Notes under the pieces: model-generated | What the model saw: only the letters and a program-made list of their open reading frames with translations | Database searches by the model: none | Told to the model about the DNA's origin: nothing | Shown: one piece after another, positions 29,546 to 37,842 of the stretch | Layout: each line of letters begins with the position of its first letter | Numbering within the stretch: position 1 is the first letter of the stretch | Position numbers and translations under genes: made by a program | NCBI GenBank assembly: GCA_017303955.1 | Contig: JAFLBC010000021.1 | Location: forward strand, 15,810 to 79,809 | Reading direction: 5' to 3' | From: Acidobacteriota bacterium | Lineage (GTDB): Bacteria; Acidobacteriota; Blastocatellia; Chloracidobacteriales; JADJPF01 | Length of the DNA: 64,000 nucleotides

Positions 29546-30652
29546 TTAAATAACTTCAAAAAGTTCTAAGAATTCTTTTTGTGCAATTGGAGATATTGAT
29601 GCTGTAGAAAGATTTTCCTCTACATGCGGTTTTTGGCTCATTCCTACTAAAGCTGTAGTTACTCCAGGAGTTGAGCGTACAAATTGAATTGAGCGTTGAG
29701 CATCGGTTTTTAATCCAGGAAAATGAACTTTAAGCTCTTTAGGTAAATTATGAGCTAGCCGAGATTGCAAGATTGAAGCAGAAGACATCACTGTTAAACC
29801 ATAATGTTTGGCAGCTTCTAGGACACAATATTTTTCATCATCAATAGTTTGATTAGTAATTGTAAAAGCTTCTGGCATAGCTAAATTATATGGTAATTGG
29901 ATAAATCGAAAATGATGGTTTTCCCCTGCTAATGACTTAGCTATTTTTACTAGATCAGTTAAATCTAAAAAATCTCTAGTATTTGACATTTGACGGTAGC
30001 CATTCCATGTAGAAGTACCATAAAAGGCTATTTTTCCATCAGATGCTTTTTTTTCTAAAAACTCAAATGCTAGCTGAATACGATGGTAAAATTCTGACTG
30101 GCTAACTTCTTGTAATTGAGTTTCTGGATTATGTAAGTAATAAATATCAATTTTATCAACATTTAAGTTTTGTAAACTTTGCTCTAGTTGGTTTTCTAGA
30201 TAAGCTGGGGTCATACAATGGCAATCAGCTACAATATCATTTTGAGTAATTATACCTGGGTCAATAAATTGTTTTTGTCGGTATTGATAAGGATCTGGTG
30301 CTGCTTTTGAATCAAAGGGAAGAAAACCACCTTTTGTAGCAATAATAATTTCTTCTCTATTTATTTTACCTTGTTGGAAAAGTTGTTTTAGAGTTGTTCC
30401 AATAATTCGCTCACTACGTTGGCTACGATAATTAATTGCTGAATCTAAAACATTACAACCAAGCTCAATTGCTCTAGTAATAGCAAGTTGATAAGCTAGG
30501 TCTGTTATTTCATTAGGTTGGCCCAGATAAGTACCTAATCCTATAGAAGAAAACCAAAGATTTTGTTCTTGACGAAAGTGTCCTGGTTGGGCTTGGGGTA
30601 TTTTTTCACAATAAGCCGCTGTTGCAGCTAAAGTTGCTCCCGACCTCATCAA
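29546..30652 (-). CDS. Aldo/keto reductase
   Basis: (alpha/beta)8 AKR motifs ...LGCNVLDSAINY..., ...IDIYYLHNPE..., ...GTSTWN.... Confidence 0.8.
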   Translation of the reverse strand: MMRSGATLAATAAYCEKIPQAQPGHFRQEQNLWFSSIGLGTYLGQPNEITDLAYQLAITRAIELGCNVLDSAINYRSQRSERIIGTTLKQLFQQGKINREEIIIATKGGFLPFDSKAAPDPYQYRQKQFIDPGIITQNDIVADCHCMTPAYLENQLEQSLQNLNVDKIDIYYLHNPETQLQEVSQSEFYHRIQLAFEFLEKKASDGKIAFYGTSTWNGYRQMSNTRDFLDLTDLVKIAKSLAGENHHFRFIQLPYNLAMPEAFTITNQTIDDEKYCVLEAAKHYGLTVMSSASILQSRLAHNLPKELKVHFPGLKTDAQRSIQFVRSTPGVTTALVGMSQKPHVEENLSTASISPIAQKEFLELFEVI

Positions 30653-30874
30653 AATCTCCTAAAAGAATTTAAGCCTTATATATATGAATTGTTTATAGTA
30701 ATGCCGAAAGCTACTAAGAGTCAATTAAAGTCAACCATTAGAATTAATAAAAATAAAAACTAAAGAAAACCTTTTTGTTTTTATCCAACCTTGCTTTATT
30801 AAATTATCACTTTCATAATAGTTAATCCTTAGACTTTGTTCTCTAAATTTTTACTATATAAGAAAGGATGTTTT

Positions 30875-33172
30875 ATGGCAGAAAGAGATGTCCGGGAACG
30901 GGATATTTTAGTTGCTCCTAATGAATATGCTTATGTACAAGACTTAACTAAAGGAGACATTATCCTTTATGTAGGCCCTACTAAAATAAGTCTTTCCAAT
31001 ACAGAACGCTTGGTTGAATATTATGAAGGTCGGTTTATCCCAATTCGAGGAGAAGAAGGAGGTGTTGGAGTCAAACCTTTTATTATTGCTTCTTCCTCAA
31101 AATATATAATTTTAGAAAATCCTCCTAAAGATACTAGCGCAAAACCAATTAAAGGTGCTAATTATTCCATAGAATTACTTATAGGTAGAAAAGTTGTTGT
31201 TTCCGGCCCAGCGGCTTTTCCACTCTGGCCCGGACAAATGGCAGAAGTAATTGATGGTCACGAATTAAGAGAAGACCAGTATTTAATAGTAAGAGTTTAT
31301 GATAGGGTAGAGGATGATAATAGTCCTATTGGTACAGAAAAAGTTATTAAGGGTATAGATGTTAGTTTTTATATTCCCAAAACTGGCCTAGAAGTTGTTC
31401 CAGATGAAAAAGATGATTATGTACGAAGTGCTGTTACTTTACTTGATGGAGAATACTGTATTTTACTTTCTCCAAATGGTAAAAAGACTTATTTTAGAGG
31501 CCCAGCAGTAGTATTTCCAGAAGCCACTGAAGAATTTGTAGAAAAAGATGGTGAACGAGTATTTAAGGCACATCATTTAAGAAAAAATATGGGCTTACAT
31601 GTCCAGGTGATAAAAGATTTTCAATCCGATGGAAAAGATCAAGTTCCAATGGGTTCTTATACAGCAGGACAAGAAATTTTTCTTAAAGATAAAGAAGGAT
31701 TTTTCTTTCCTAGTGAAAATTTAGAAGTAGTTAGCGAAGTTTATTCTATTCCAATTGCAGAAAAAGAAGGAATTTATGTAAGAGAGATTGAGACAGGAAG
31801 AATTTCTACAGAAGTAGGGCCAAAAAATTACTTACCAGATCCTACAAAAGTAGACATCATTACTCGACAACTGGACAAAGAAACTATGCGGCTATATGGG
31901 CTTATTGAGCGAAATTCCCAGCTTGTACCTGCACAAAATATGATTTCACAAGTGGAAATGGAAGAAAAACGAGGCAGAAAAAATGTTGCAGTCCAACGTT
32001 TTGCCAATGTCATAGGCCCAAAAGCGGCTGAATATGACACAACTAAAGCTATTTCAATTTATATTCCTCCAAGTTTTGCTGTACTTGTTACAGCAAAAAA
32101 TAAACGTGAAGTTGTAAAAGGGCCTCAAACCCGGATTCTAGATTATGATGAAGACCTGGAAGTTTTACGACTTTCTACAGGTAAACCAAAAACAGATGAA
32201 TATTTGCTTACAACTTGTTTTTTGCAAAAAGATGGTAATAAGGTTTCGGATATTGTTAAAGTCAAAACAAGTGACCATGTTGAGTTAGAAGTTTTGCTTT
32301 CCTACAGAGTTTCTTTTCTTAGTAAAGGAGATCAGCAGGATGAAAAATGGTTTAATGTAAAAAATTATGTTGGTTTACTTTGTGACCATTTAGGCTCAAT
32401 TGTTCGTGGAACTGTAAGAAATACCTCTATAGATGCTTTTCATGCAAATAGTACAGAAATAATTCGCACTGCTATTTTAGGTGATAAGCGCGAAGGAAAG
32501 CGTGTTGGGCGACTTTTTGAAGAAAATAATATGTGGGTTTATGATGTAGAAGTTTTGGATGTTAAGATTTTAGATTCAGACGTTAATAAGTTACTTTCCG
32601 ATGCTCAACGAACAGCAATTGTTTTTGAAGTTAATAGCAAACAAGAGTATATGCGCTTAAATAGTGAAAAAATTAAAGAAGAAGTAAATCAACAAATTTA
32701 TCAAACTCAAATGGCTACAGTAGAAAAAGCTATTGCGCTTGAAAATGTTAAAAAAGAACTAGTTCTTACAAAAGCACAACTTAATATTGATACTGACAAA
32801 CTAGAAACAGTTGGTAAGGCTAAAAATAGGGCCGAAGCAATAGAAATCACTGGAGTTAAACAAATTGAGTTAGCTAAACAACAAGCTGAAGTAGACCAAC
32901 ATATCTTAGCTAGCAAAGTTGCTGCTTTTAAGGAAGAAATGGCTGCTTTAGCTCCAGAACTTGTTACAACTCTAAAAGTTTTGGGAGATCAACAACTTGC
33001 TACAGAACTAACAAAAAATCTTTCTCCCTTAGCAATACTTGGTGGTGAAAGCGTTGCAGAAGTGGTTCAACGTCTATTAAAAGGCTTGCCTATAGGTATA
33101 AATCTGGATAATAACGGTGATGCTAAAGCTGTTGGGCAATTACAAAAGCCATCAGAAGAGAAGAAAAAATAA
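30875..33172 (+). CDS. Major vault protein (MVP) homolog
   Basis: Three motif matches to human MVP. N-terminal MVP-repeat: ILVAPNEYAYVQDLTKGDIILYVGPTKISLSNTERLV (cf. [37 protein letters not shown]). Repeat 8/9 region: EKEGIYVREIETGRISTEVGP (cf. ENEGIYVQDVKTGKVRAVIG). Shoulder domain: FHANSTEIIRTAILG (cf. FHKNSARIIRTAVFG). This is followed by an SPFH/cap-helix-like coiled coil. Start taken at MAERDV after the AAAGGA RBS; the ORF opens at 30836. Confidence 0.85.
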   Translation: MAERDVRERDILVAPNEYAYVQDLTKGDIILYVGPTKISLSNTERLVEYYEGRFIPIRGEEGGVGVKPFIIASSSKYIILENPPKDTSAKPIKGANYSIELLIGRKVVVSGPAAFPLWPGQMAEVIDGHELREDQYLIVRVYDRVEDDNSPIGTEKVIKGIDVSFYIPKTGLEVVPDEKDDYVRSAVTLLDGEYCILLSPNGKKTYFRGPAVVFPEATEEFVEKDGERVFKAHHLRKNMGLHVQVIKDFQSDGKDQVPMGSYTAGQEIFLKDKEGFFFPSENLEVVSEVYSIPIAEKEGIYVREIETGRISTEVGPKNYLPDPTKVDIITRQLDKETMRLYGLIERNSQLVPAQNMISQVEMEEKRGRKNVAVQRFANVIGPKAAEYDTTKAISIYIPPSFAVLVTAKNKREVVKGPQTRILDYDEDLEVLRLSTGKPKTDEYLLTTCFLQKDGNKVSDIVKVKTSDHVELEVLLSYRVSFLSKGDQQDEKWFNVKNYVGLLCDHLGSIVRGTVRNTSIDAFHANSTEIIRTAILGDKREGKRVGRLFEENNMWVYDVEVLDVKILDSDVNKLLSDAQRTAIVFEVNSKQEYMRLNSEKIKEEVNQQIYQTQMATVEKAIALENVKKELVLTKAQLNIDTDKLETVGKAKNRAEAIEITGVKQIELAKQQAEVDQHILASKVAAFKEEMAALAPELVTTLKVLGDQQLATELTKNLSPLAILGGESVAEVVQRLLKGLPIGINLDNNGDAKAVGQLQKPSEEKKK

Positions 33173-33197
33173 TTAAATTTCTTAATTGTTAAGAATA

Positions 33198-33228
33198 AAA
33201 AGGTTAATCTTAAAGGTTAGCCTTTTTT
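33198..33228 (+). terminator. Rho-independent terminator after the MVP gene
   Basis: aaaggttaa-N7-ttagccttt hairpin (one G-U pair) followed by TTTTTT. Confidence 0.55.
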
Positions 33229-33329
33229 ATTTGCCGGAAAATATTAAAAAATTTTTCTTAAATAAAAGACAGATTTTTCTGCATAAACGCATCTACAACT
33301 AAAAAATAATCTTATAGGAGTATAAATTT

Positions 33330-33740
33330 ATGCAAAAAACCTTAATTAATAAAACTAATAAAACTAGTATTTCTCTCTTTCCAAAACAAACTTTTGCTTC
33401 TGAAATTTTATTAACAGATAGTAATATTCGTAGCTTTGAAGTTATTACAGAAAATAGTACCTACTGTTTTCTTAAAGTAGGACAAACTACAGAAGATTTT
33501 CCACTTTGGTATGTTATTTCAGGTCAAAAAGACTTGTTAGGTTGCAAAGTTGGAGTTTTAGTTCTAAATGAAAAAGGACTTTCTCCTAAAGCTATAAACC
33601 GTGGTGATAGACTTGCAATTTGTCTTAATGAAGTAATTGCAGATGCTCCTGTTAAAGTCTGGTATACAACAAAAATATTAAACTTTTCTATTTTAGATTA
33701 TCAAGATAACAATTTAAGTAACCTTAAGAAAGCATGTTAA
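33330..33740 (+). CDS. Hypothetical protein encoded between MVP and VIT-vWA genes
   Basis: 136-aa ORF with no recognisable motif. Its position inside the putative vault-like cluster is the only functional hint. Confidence 0.4.
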   Translation: MQKTLINKTNKTSISLFPKQTFASEILLTDSNIRSFEVITENSTYCFLKVGQTTEDFPLWYVISGQKDLLGCKVGVLVLNEKGLSPKAINRGDRLAICLNEVIADAPVKVWYTTKILNFSILDYQDNNLSNLKKAC

Positions 33741-33827
33741 TTTATAAAAATTCTCCCTAAAACGAAATTTTGGCCTTACCAATTTAATCAGAAAACTTTG
33801 TTTACAGTATACTAAATAATTTTAATC

Positions 33828-33856
33828 TTGACAGTATTACAGTAATTTTTTAATAT
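33828..33856 (+). promoter_or_regulatory. Near-consensus sigma70 promoter (TTGACA-17-TAATAT) for the VIT-vWA gene, embedded in a palindrome
   Basis: TTGACA at 33828-33833, a 17-nt spacer, TAATAT at 33851-33856. Flanked by inverted ACAGTATAC / ATATACTGT arms (33804-33812 and about 33853-33862) and extra ACAGTA half-sites. Confidence 0.55.
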
Positions 33857-34077
33857 ACTGTCAGTTTGCAAATATTTAAGCAATCTTCGCGTTAGTTTTG
33901 GGGAACGTATCCAATTTATTTTTATGATTGGATAGCGCAAGATTGCTTAAATTTATATCTAAAATAAATAGCAAATAGGAACTTGTTAGGTAGATAAACG
34001 ATGTTAATAAAAAATAAATCTCTAGCAATGTTATAGATAAAGAAACTAAGTAAATAAAAAAGTTGGAGGGTAAAAAG

Positions 34078-36771
34078 ATGAGTTGGTCAGTAGAAGATAG
34101 CTATATCCCTAGGATAGAAATTCCTAGTGAAAGAACTTGTGGTGTAGGTAGTATTTTTGCAGAAATAAACTCAAGACGTGTAATGTTGCCCTTAGCAGAT
34201 GTAAAAATCAATGCACAAATAGCTAGCCAAGTTGCTTCTGTAGTGATGAAACAGACATTTGAAAATCCTTATCAAGAGCATTTAGAAGCTGTATATATTT
34301 TTCCCTTGCCAGGTGGGGCTGCTGTAAGCGATTTTGAAATGAGGATTGGATCTAAGATTGTAAAAGGTAAAGTTGAAGAACGCGCTGAGGCTCGCCGCCA
34401 ATACCAAGAGGCAATTAACCAAGGCAAAAGAGCCGCTTTGATGGAAAAAGAAAGAGACGATGTTTTTACTCTACAATTAGGAAACTTGCCTCCTGGACAA
34501 GAAATTACAATTGCTATTACCTACTCTAAAAAATTAATATTTTTTGAGGATGGGACAACGGAAATTAGACTCCCATTAGTTGTTGCGCCTCGCTATATTC
34601 CAGGTCAATCTCTATATCGTGACCCTGTTGGAGATGGTATTGAGCCAGACACAAATATTGTTACAGATGCTTCTAGGATTTCCCCTCCAAGGCTTGCAAA
34701 AAACTTTGATCCAAAAATTTCTTTATCTATTGAAACGCTAATTCTTTGGGACGATACAATAGATGGCGGAGAACTACGTAATCTTTGTTGTTCTCAACAC
34801 GCTACACGAACTTCTGCTGGTAAAGAAGGTGTTAAAGTCTCGCTAGCACGTCAAGATGAAGCTTTAGACCGGGATTTTGTACTTCGTTGGACTCTTAGCA
34901 ATGCAAAACTACGTACCTCACTTTTAGTTTATCGAGACTCCTATAGTGAAGCTTATGGAATGCTCTCAATTATTCCGCCTTCAGAAGAAGGACGTTACAA
35001 CCAAGCCCGAGATGTTGTTTTTATTGTTGACCGTTCTGGATCAATGCAAGGGATAAAAATGGCTTCTGCTGCTCGTGCTTGTGCCTTGCTGCTTAAAACC
35101 CTTGGCCCACAAGATCGATTTGCTATTCAATCTTTTAGTAATGGGGTGGAATGGCTTAATCCTAATTATAGTGCTTATGGTAGAGATAATTATTTTATTC
35201 CAGCCGATTATTATGGGCTTGAGCAAGGAGAACGTTATTTAAGGGGTATTAATGCTGCTGGAGGAACAGAAATTTATAAAGCTTTGGTTGAAGCAATGAA
35301 AATGCTTGAGCAAAGGCGCGATAGCTATCGACGAGTACCAGTAATTGTTTTACTTACGGATGGTGAAGTAGGTAATGAATCTCAAGTCTTAAAAGAAGCA
35401 CAACAGAGATTAGGCGTAACTAGACTTTTTACAATTGGAATTGATACAGCCGTCAATCAAGGATTTTTACAACATTTAGCTAATGTTGGTAGTGGAACAG
35501 CAACTTTTGTTACTCCTGGCTCGCAGTTAGAAGATGCTTTAGTCAATGTTGGGCGGGAAATTGGAAGTCCATTAGTTGTAAATTTAAGATTAGAAGATGT
35601 GGATAGCGGGCTAGACATTTCAGCTATTGCACCAAGTAAAATACCTGATCTTTTTAATGGTCGCGCTAGTTCAGCCTTCTTTATTGCTAGAAATATTGGA
35701 CGTATTAGAGTTAGGGGACAATTTATTGCAGGCGGGGATTTTGACATAATTGTTAACCCTCAAGAAGTGTTTATGTCGGCTATTGCTCAACTTTGGGCTA
35801 AAGAACGAATTACAGATTTAGAAGATCGTTATAGAGTAGAACTATCATCACAGGAACGCTTAAAACGGGAAATTATCAGTCTTTCAACAAGGTTTAATAT
35901 TTTAACAAGGTTTACTGCTTTTATTGCTGTAGATCATAGCGAAATAGTTAACCATCAAGGCTATCAACGTCATGTTGTTCAACCTGTGGAAATGCCTGCT
36001 GATTGGCAAGCTGCTCCAGCATCAACTTCTTATGAACAGGCAAGTAAATCTAATTGCGCTACTAAATCAATTCGTACTCGTGGCGATTATTCAATGCAAG
36101 AAAGAGAAATAGCAGACACAGCTAAAAGAAAAGAGAGTATTGTTAGTAAGAGTTCTAACAGGCCAATGGCACCACAAGTGCCACAATCAGCACCTCCAAG
36201 ACCTGCTGCGCCACCAGCACGACCCGTACCACCAGCAGAACCAATGCTTGATAGGAGACAAAGCAAATCTGAAAGTTTTGGACAAATAGAAGGTGTTGTA
36301 CCTGCAAGCAAAAAAGTTGATGTAGCTAAACCTCAACCCAGCATTGTTGAAAAGGCAATTGATGCTGTCAAAGGCTTGTTTAATACTGGTGTTTCTAACA
36401 GTCAACCAATTAATGCTTTACCAACTAATGAACGAGAGTTAATAGAGCTTGCAATTAAAACTCTACAAGATACTTATAGCGATGTTATGAATGGATATGC
36501 TCCTTCACCAGAACGTTTAGATCAAATTCGTAGCAGCATAATTAATTTAACTAACACGCTACTTAAGCAAAATCTACCAAAATTCTTTAGATTTTTTGAG
36601 GTAGAAGTTTATGACTTAGTTGGAGGTTTAAGAAGACAAACACCAAAACCAATTTTTGAGCAACATCAATATATTTTTCAACAAGTAGTTGTAGAAGTAA
36701 AAAATTATTTTGCCAGTCCGTCCCAACCTTCTAATCGTAAAGATGGCTCTTTTTGGGACTCTAACATATAG
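34078..36771 (+). CDS. VIT (vault protein inter-alpha-trypsin) + von Willebrand factor A domain protein with long Pro/Ala-rich C-terminal extension
   Basis: N-terminal VIT domain (about 130 aa). vWA domain with MIDAS DxSxS (VVFIVDRSGSMQGIK), plus ...GGTEIYKAL... and ...VIVLLTDGEV.... C-terminal PQVPQSAPPRPAAPPARPVPPAEP low-complexity region and a final about 200 aa with no recognisable motif. Start at ATG 34078, preceded by GGAGGG; the ORF opens at 34063. Confidence 0.85.
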   Translation: MSWSVEDSYIPRIEIPSERTCGVGSIFAEINSRRVMLPLADVKINAQIASQVASVVMKQTFENPYQEHLEAVYIFPLPGGAAVSDFEMRIGSKIVKGKVEERAEARRQYQEAINQGKRAALMEKERDDVFTLQLGNLPPGQEITIAITYSKKLIFFEDGTTEIRLPLVVAPRYIPGQSLYRDPVGDGIEPDTNIVTDASRISPPRLAKNFDPKISLSIETLILWDDTIDGGELRNLCCSQHATRTSAGKEGVKVSLARQDEALDRDFVLRWTLSNAKLRTSLLVYRDSYSEAYGMLSIIPPSEEGRYNQARDVVFIVDRSGSMQGIKMASAARACALLLKTLGPQDRFAIQSFSNGVEWLNPNYSAYGRDNYFIPADYYGLEQGERYLRGINAAGGTEIYKALVEAMKMLEQRRDSYRRVPVIVLLTDGEVGNESQVLKEAQQRLGVTRLFTIGIDTAVNQGFLQHLANVGSGTATFVTPGSQLEDALVNVGREIGSPLVVNLRLEDVDSGLDISAIAPSKIPDLFNGRASSAFFIARNIGRIRVRGQFIAGGDFDIIVNPQEVFMSAIAQLWAKERITDLEDRYRVELSSQERLKREIISLSTRFNILTRFTAFIAVDHSEIVNHQGYQRHVVQPVEMPADWQAAPASTSYEQASKSNCATKSIRTRGDYSMQEREIADTAKRKESIVSKSSNRPMAPQVPQSAPPRPAAPPARPVPPAEPMLDRRQSKSESFGQIEGVVPASKKVDVAKPQPSIVEKAIDAVKGLFNTGVSNSQPINALPTNERELIELAIKTLQDTYSDVMNGYAPSPERLDQIRSSIINLTNTLLKQNLPKFFRFFEVEVYDLVGGLRRQTPKPIFEQHQYIFQQVVVEVKNYFASPSQPSNRKDGSFWDSNI

Positions 36772-36804
36772 GAAATTTTCTAGTTAAAGTAAATATCTTA
36801 CTAA

Positions 36805-36840
36805 AAAAGTAGCTGCTAAATTTGGTAGCTACTTTTTAAT
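36805..36840 (+). terminator. Rho-independent terminator after the VIT-vWA gene
   Basis: aaaagtagct-N12-agctactttt hairpin, then TTAATTTTT. Confidence 0.6.
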
Positions 36841-36943
36841 TTTTAGCTCTAAGTTTTCCCTAGACAATATTCAATTACGGCGAAGTTATAAGACAAACCA
36901 GATATTTTTTAATAAGATAAAAAGAAATTCAGAAAAAAAAGTT

Positions 36944-37819
36944 ATGTTAGAAGTAAAATCACAAGTGCTTGGTCTTGCTACCAATATGGTAAGTCAGTTG
37001 GTTTATTACCGTAATGGTATGGAAAGACAAAAAAATATCGCCAAAGTTATTAAAATTAAAGGCCATAGAATTTGGTATCAGGATATTGGGCAAGGTCAGC
37101 CTATTTTGTTTTTACATGGGCTAGGGTCAAATTCTCTTAGCTGGTTGATGAGTGTTCCTATGTTTTGCCAACAATATAGAGTGATTGCTATTGATAATAT
37201 TGGACATGGACGTTCTGATAAACCAGATTTAGATTATAAAATTACAGACTTTGTTAATTATGTTGAAGGTTTTTTGGATACGCTAAATCTTAAGGAAATT
37301 TATATAGTAGGTAATTCCTTGGGAGGTTGGATAGCAGCGCGGTTAGCAATAAAACGGCCTGAACTAATAAAACGGCTTGTTTTAGTTTGTAGTGCAGGCT
37401 TGCAACCTTGGCCGGAGCTTAGAGAAAAACTAGAAAAAGTTAAATTTGCCCCCCGTACAATTTCGGAAACTAGGTCAATGTTATCTCTTTGTTTTTATAA
37501 TAAAGTACAATATGTTAATCAAGTTAGCGTAGTAATTAGCTATTTGCTACGGAATTTAGAATCTAACCATAAAACAGTAGAAAAGGTTTTAGCATCGGCT
37601 TTAGATCCTAATGAATGGCTAGATGATAAATTAACTAAAATTAGAGCAGAGACTTTAGTTTTATGGGGTCAACACGATGAATTGATGCCAATAGAATTTG
37701 CTAGACAATTTGCAGAAAATATCCCTGGTGCCAAACTAGAAGTAATCCCCAATTGTGGGCATGTTCCACAAATTGAACGACCAAAAGAGTTTAACCAGTT
37801 ATTAAAAATTTTTCTTTAA
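36944..37819 (+). CDS. Alpha/beta hydrolase fold protein
   Basis: HGLGSNS oxyanion region, nucleophile elbow GNSLGG, C-terminal ...NCGHVPQIERP... (His of the triad). Confidence 0.8.
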   Translation: MLEVKSQVLGLATNMVSQLVYYRNGMERQKNIAKVIKIKGHRIWYQDIGQGQPILFLHGLGSNSLSWLMSVPMFCQQYRVIAIDNIGHGRSDKPDLDYKITDFVNYVEGFLDTLNLKEIYIVGNSLGGWIAARLAIKRPELIKRLVLVCSAGLQPWPELREKLEKVKFAPRTISETRSMLSLCFYNKVQYVNQVSVVISYLLRNLESNHKTVEKVLASALDPNEWLDDKLTKIRAETLVLWGQHDELMPIEFARQFAENIPGAKLEVIPNCGHVPQIERPKEFNQLLKIFL

Positions 37820-37842
37820 TTAATTTTTGCTAAGGATTTTTT

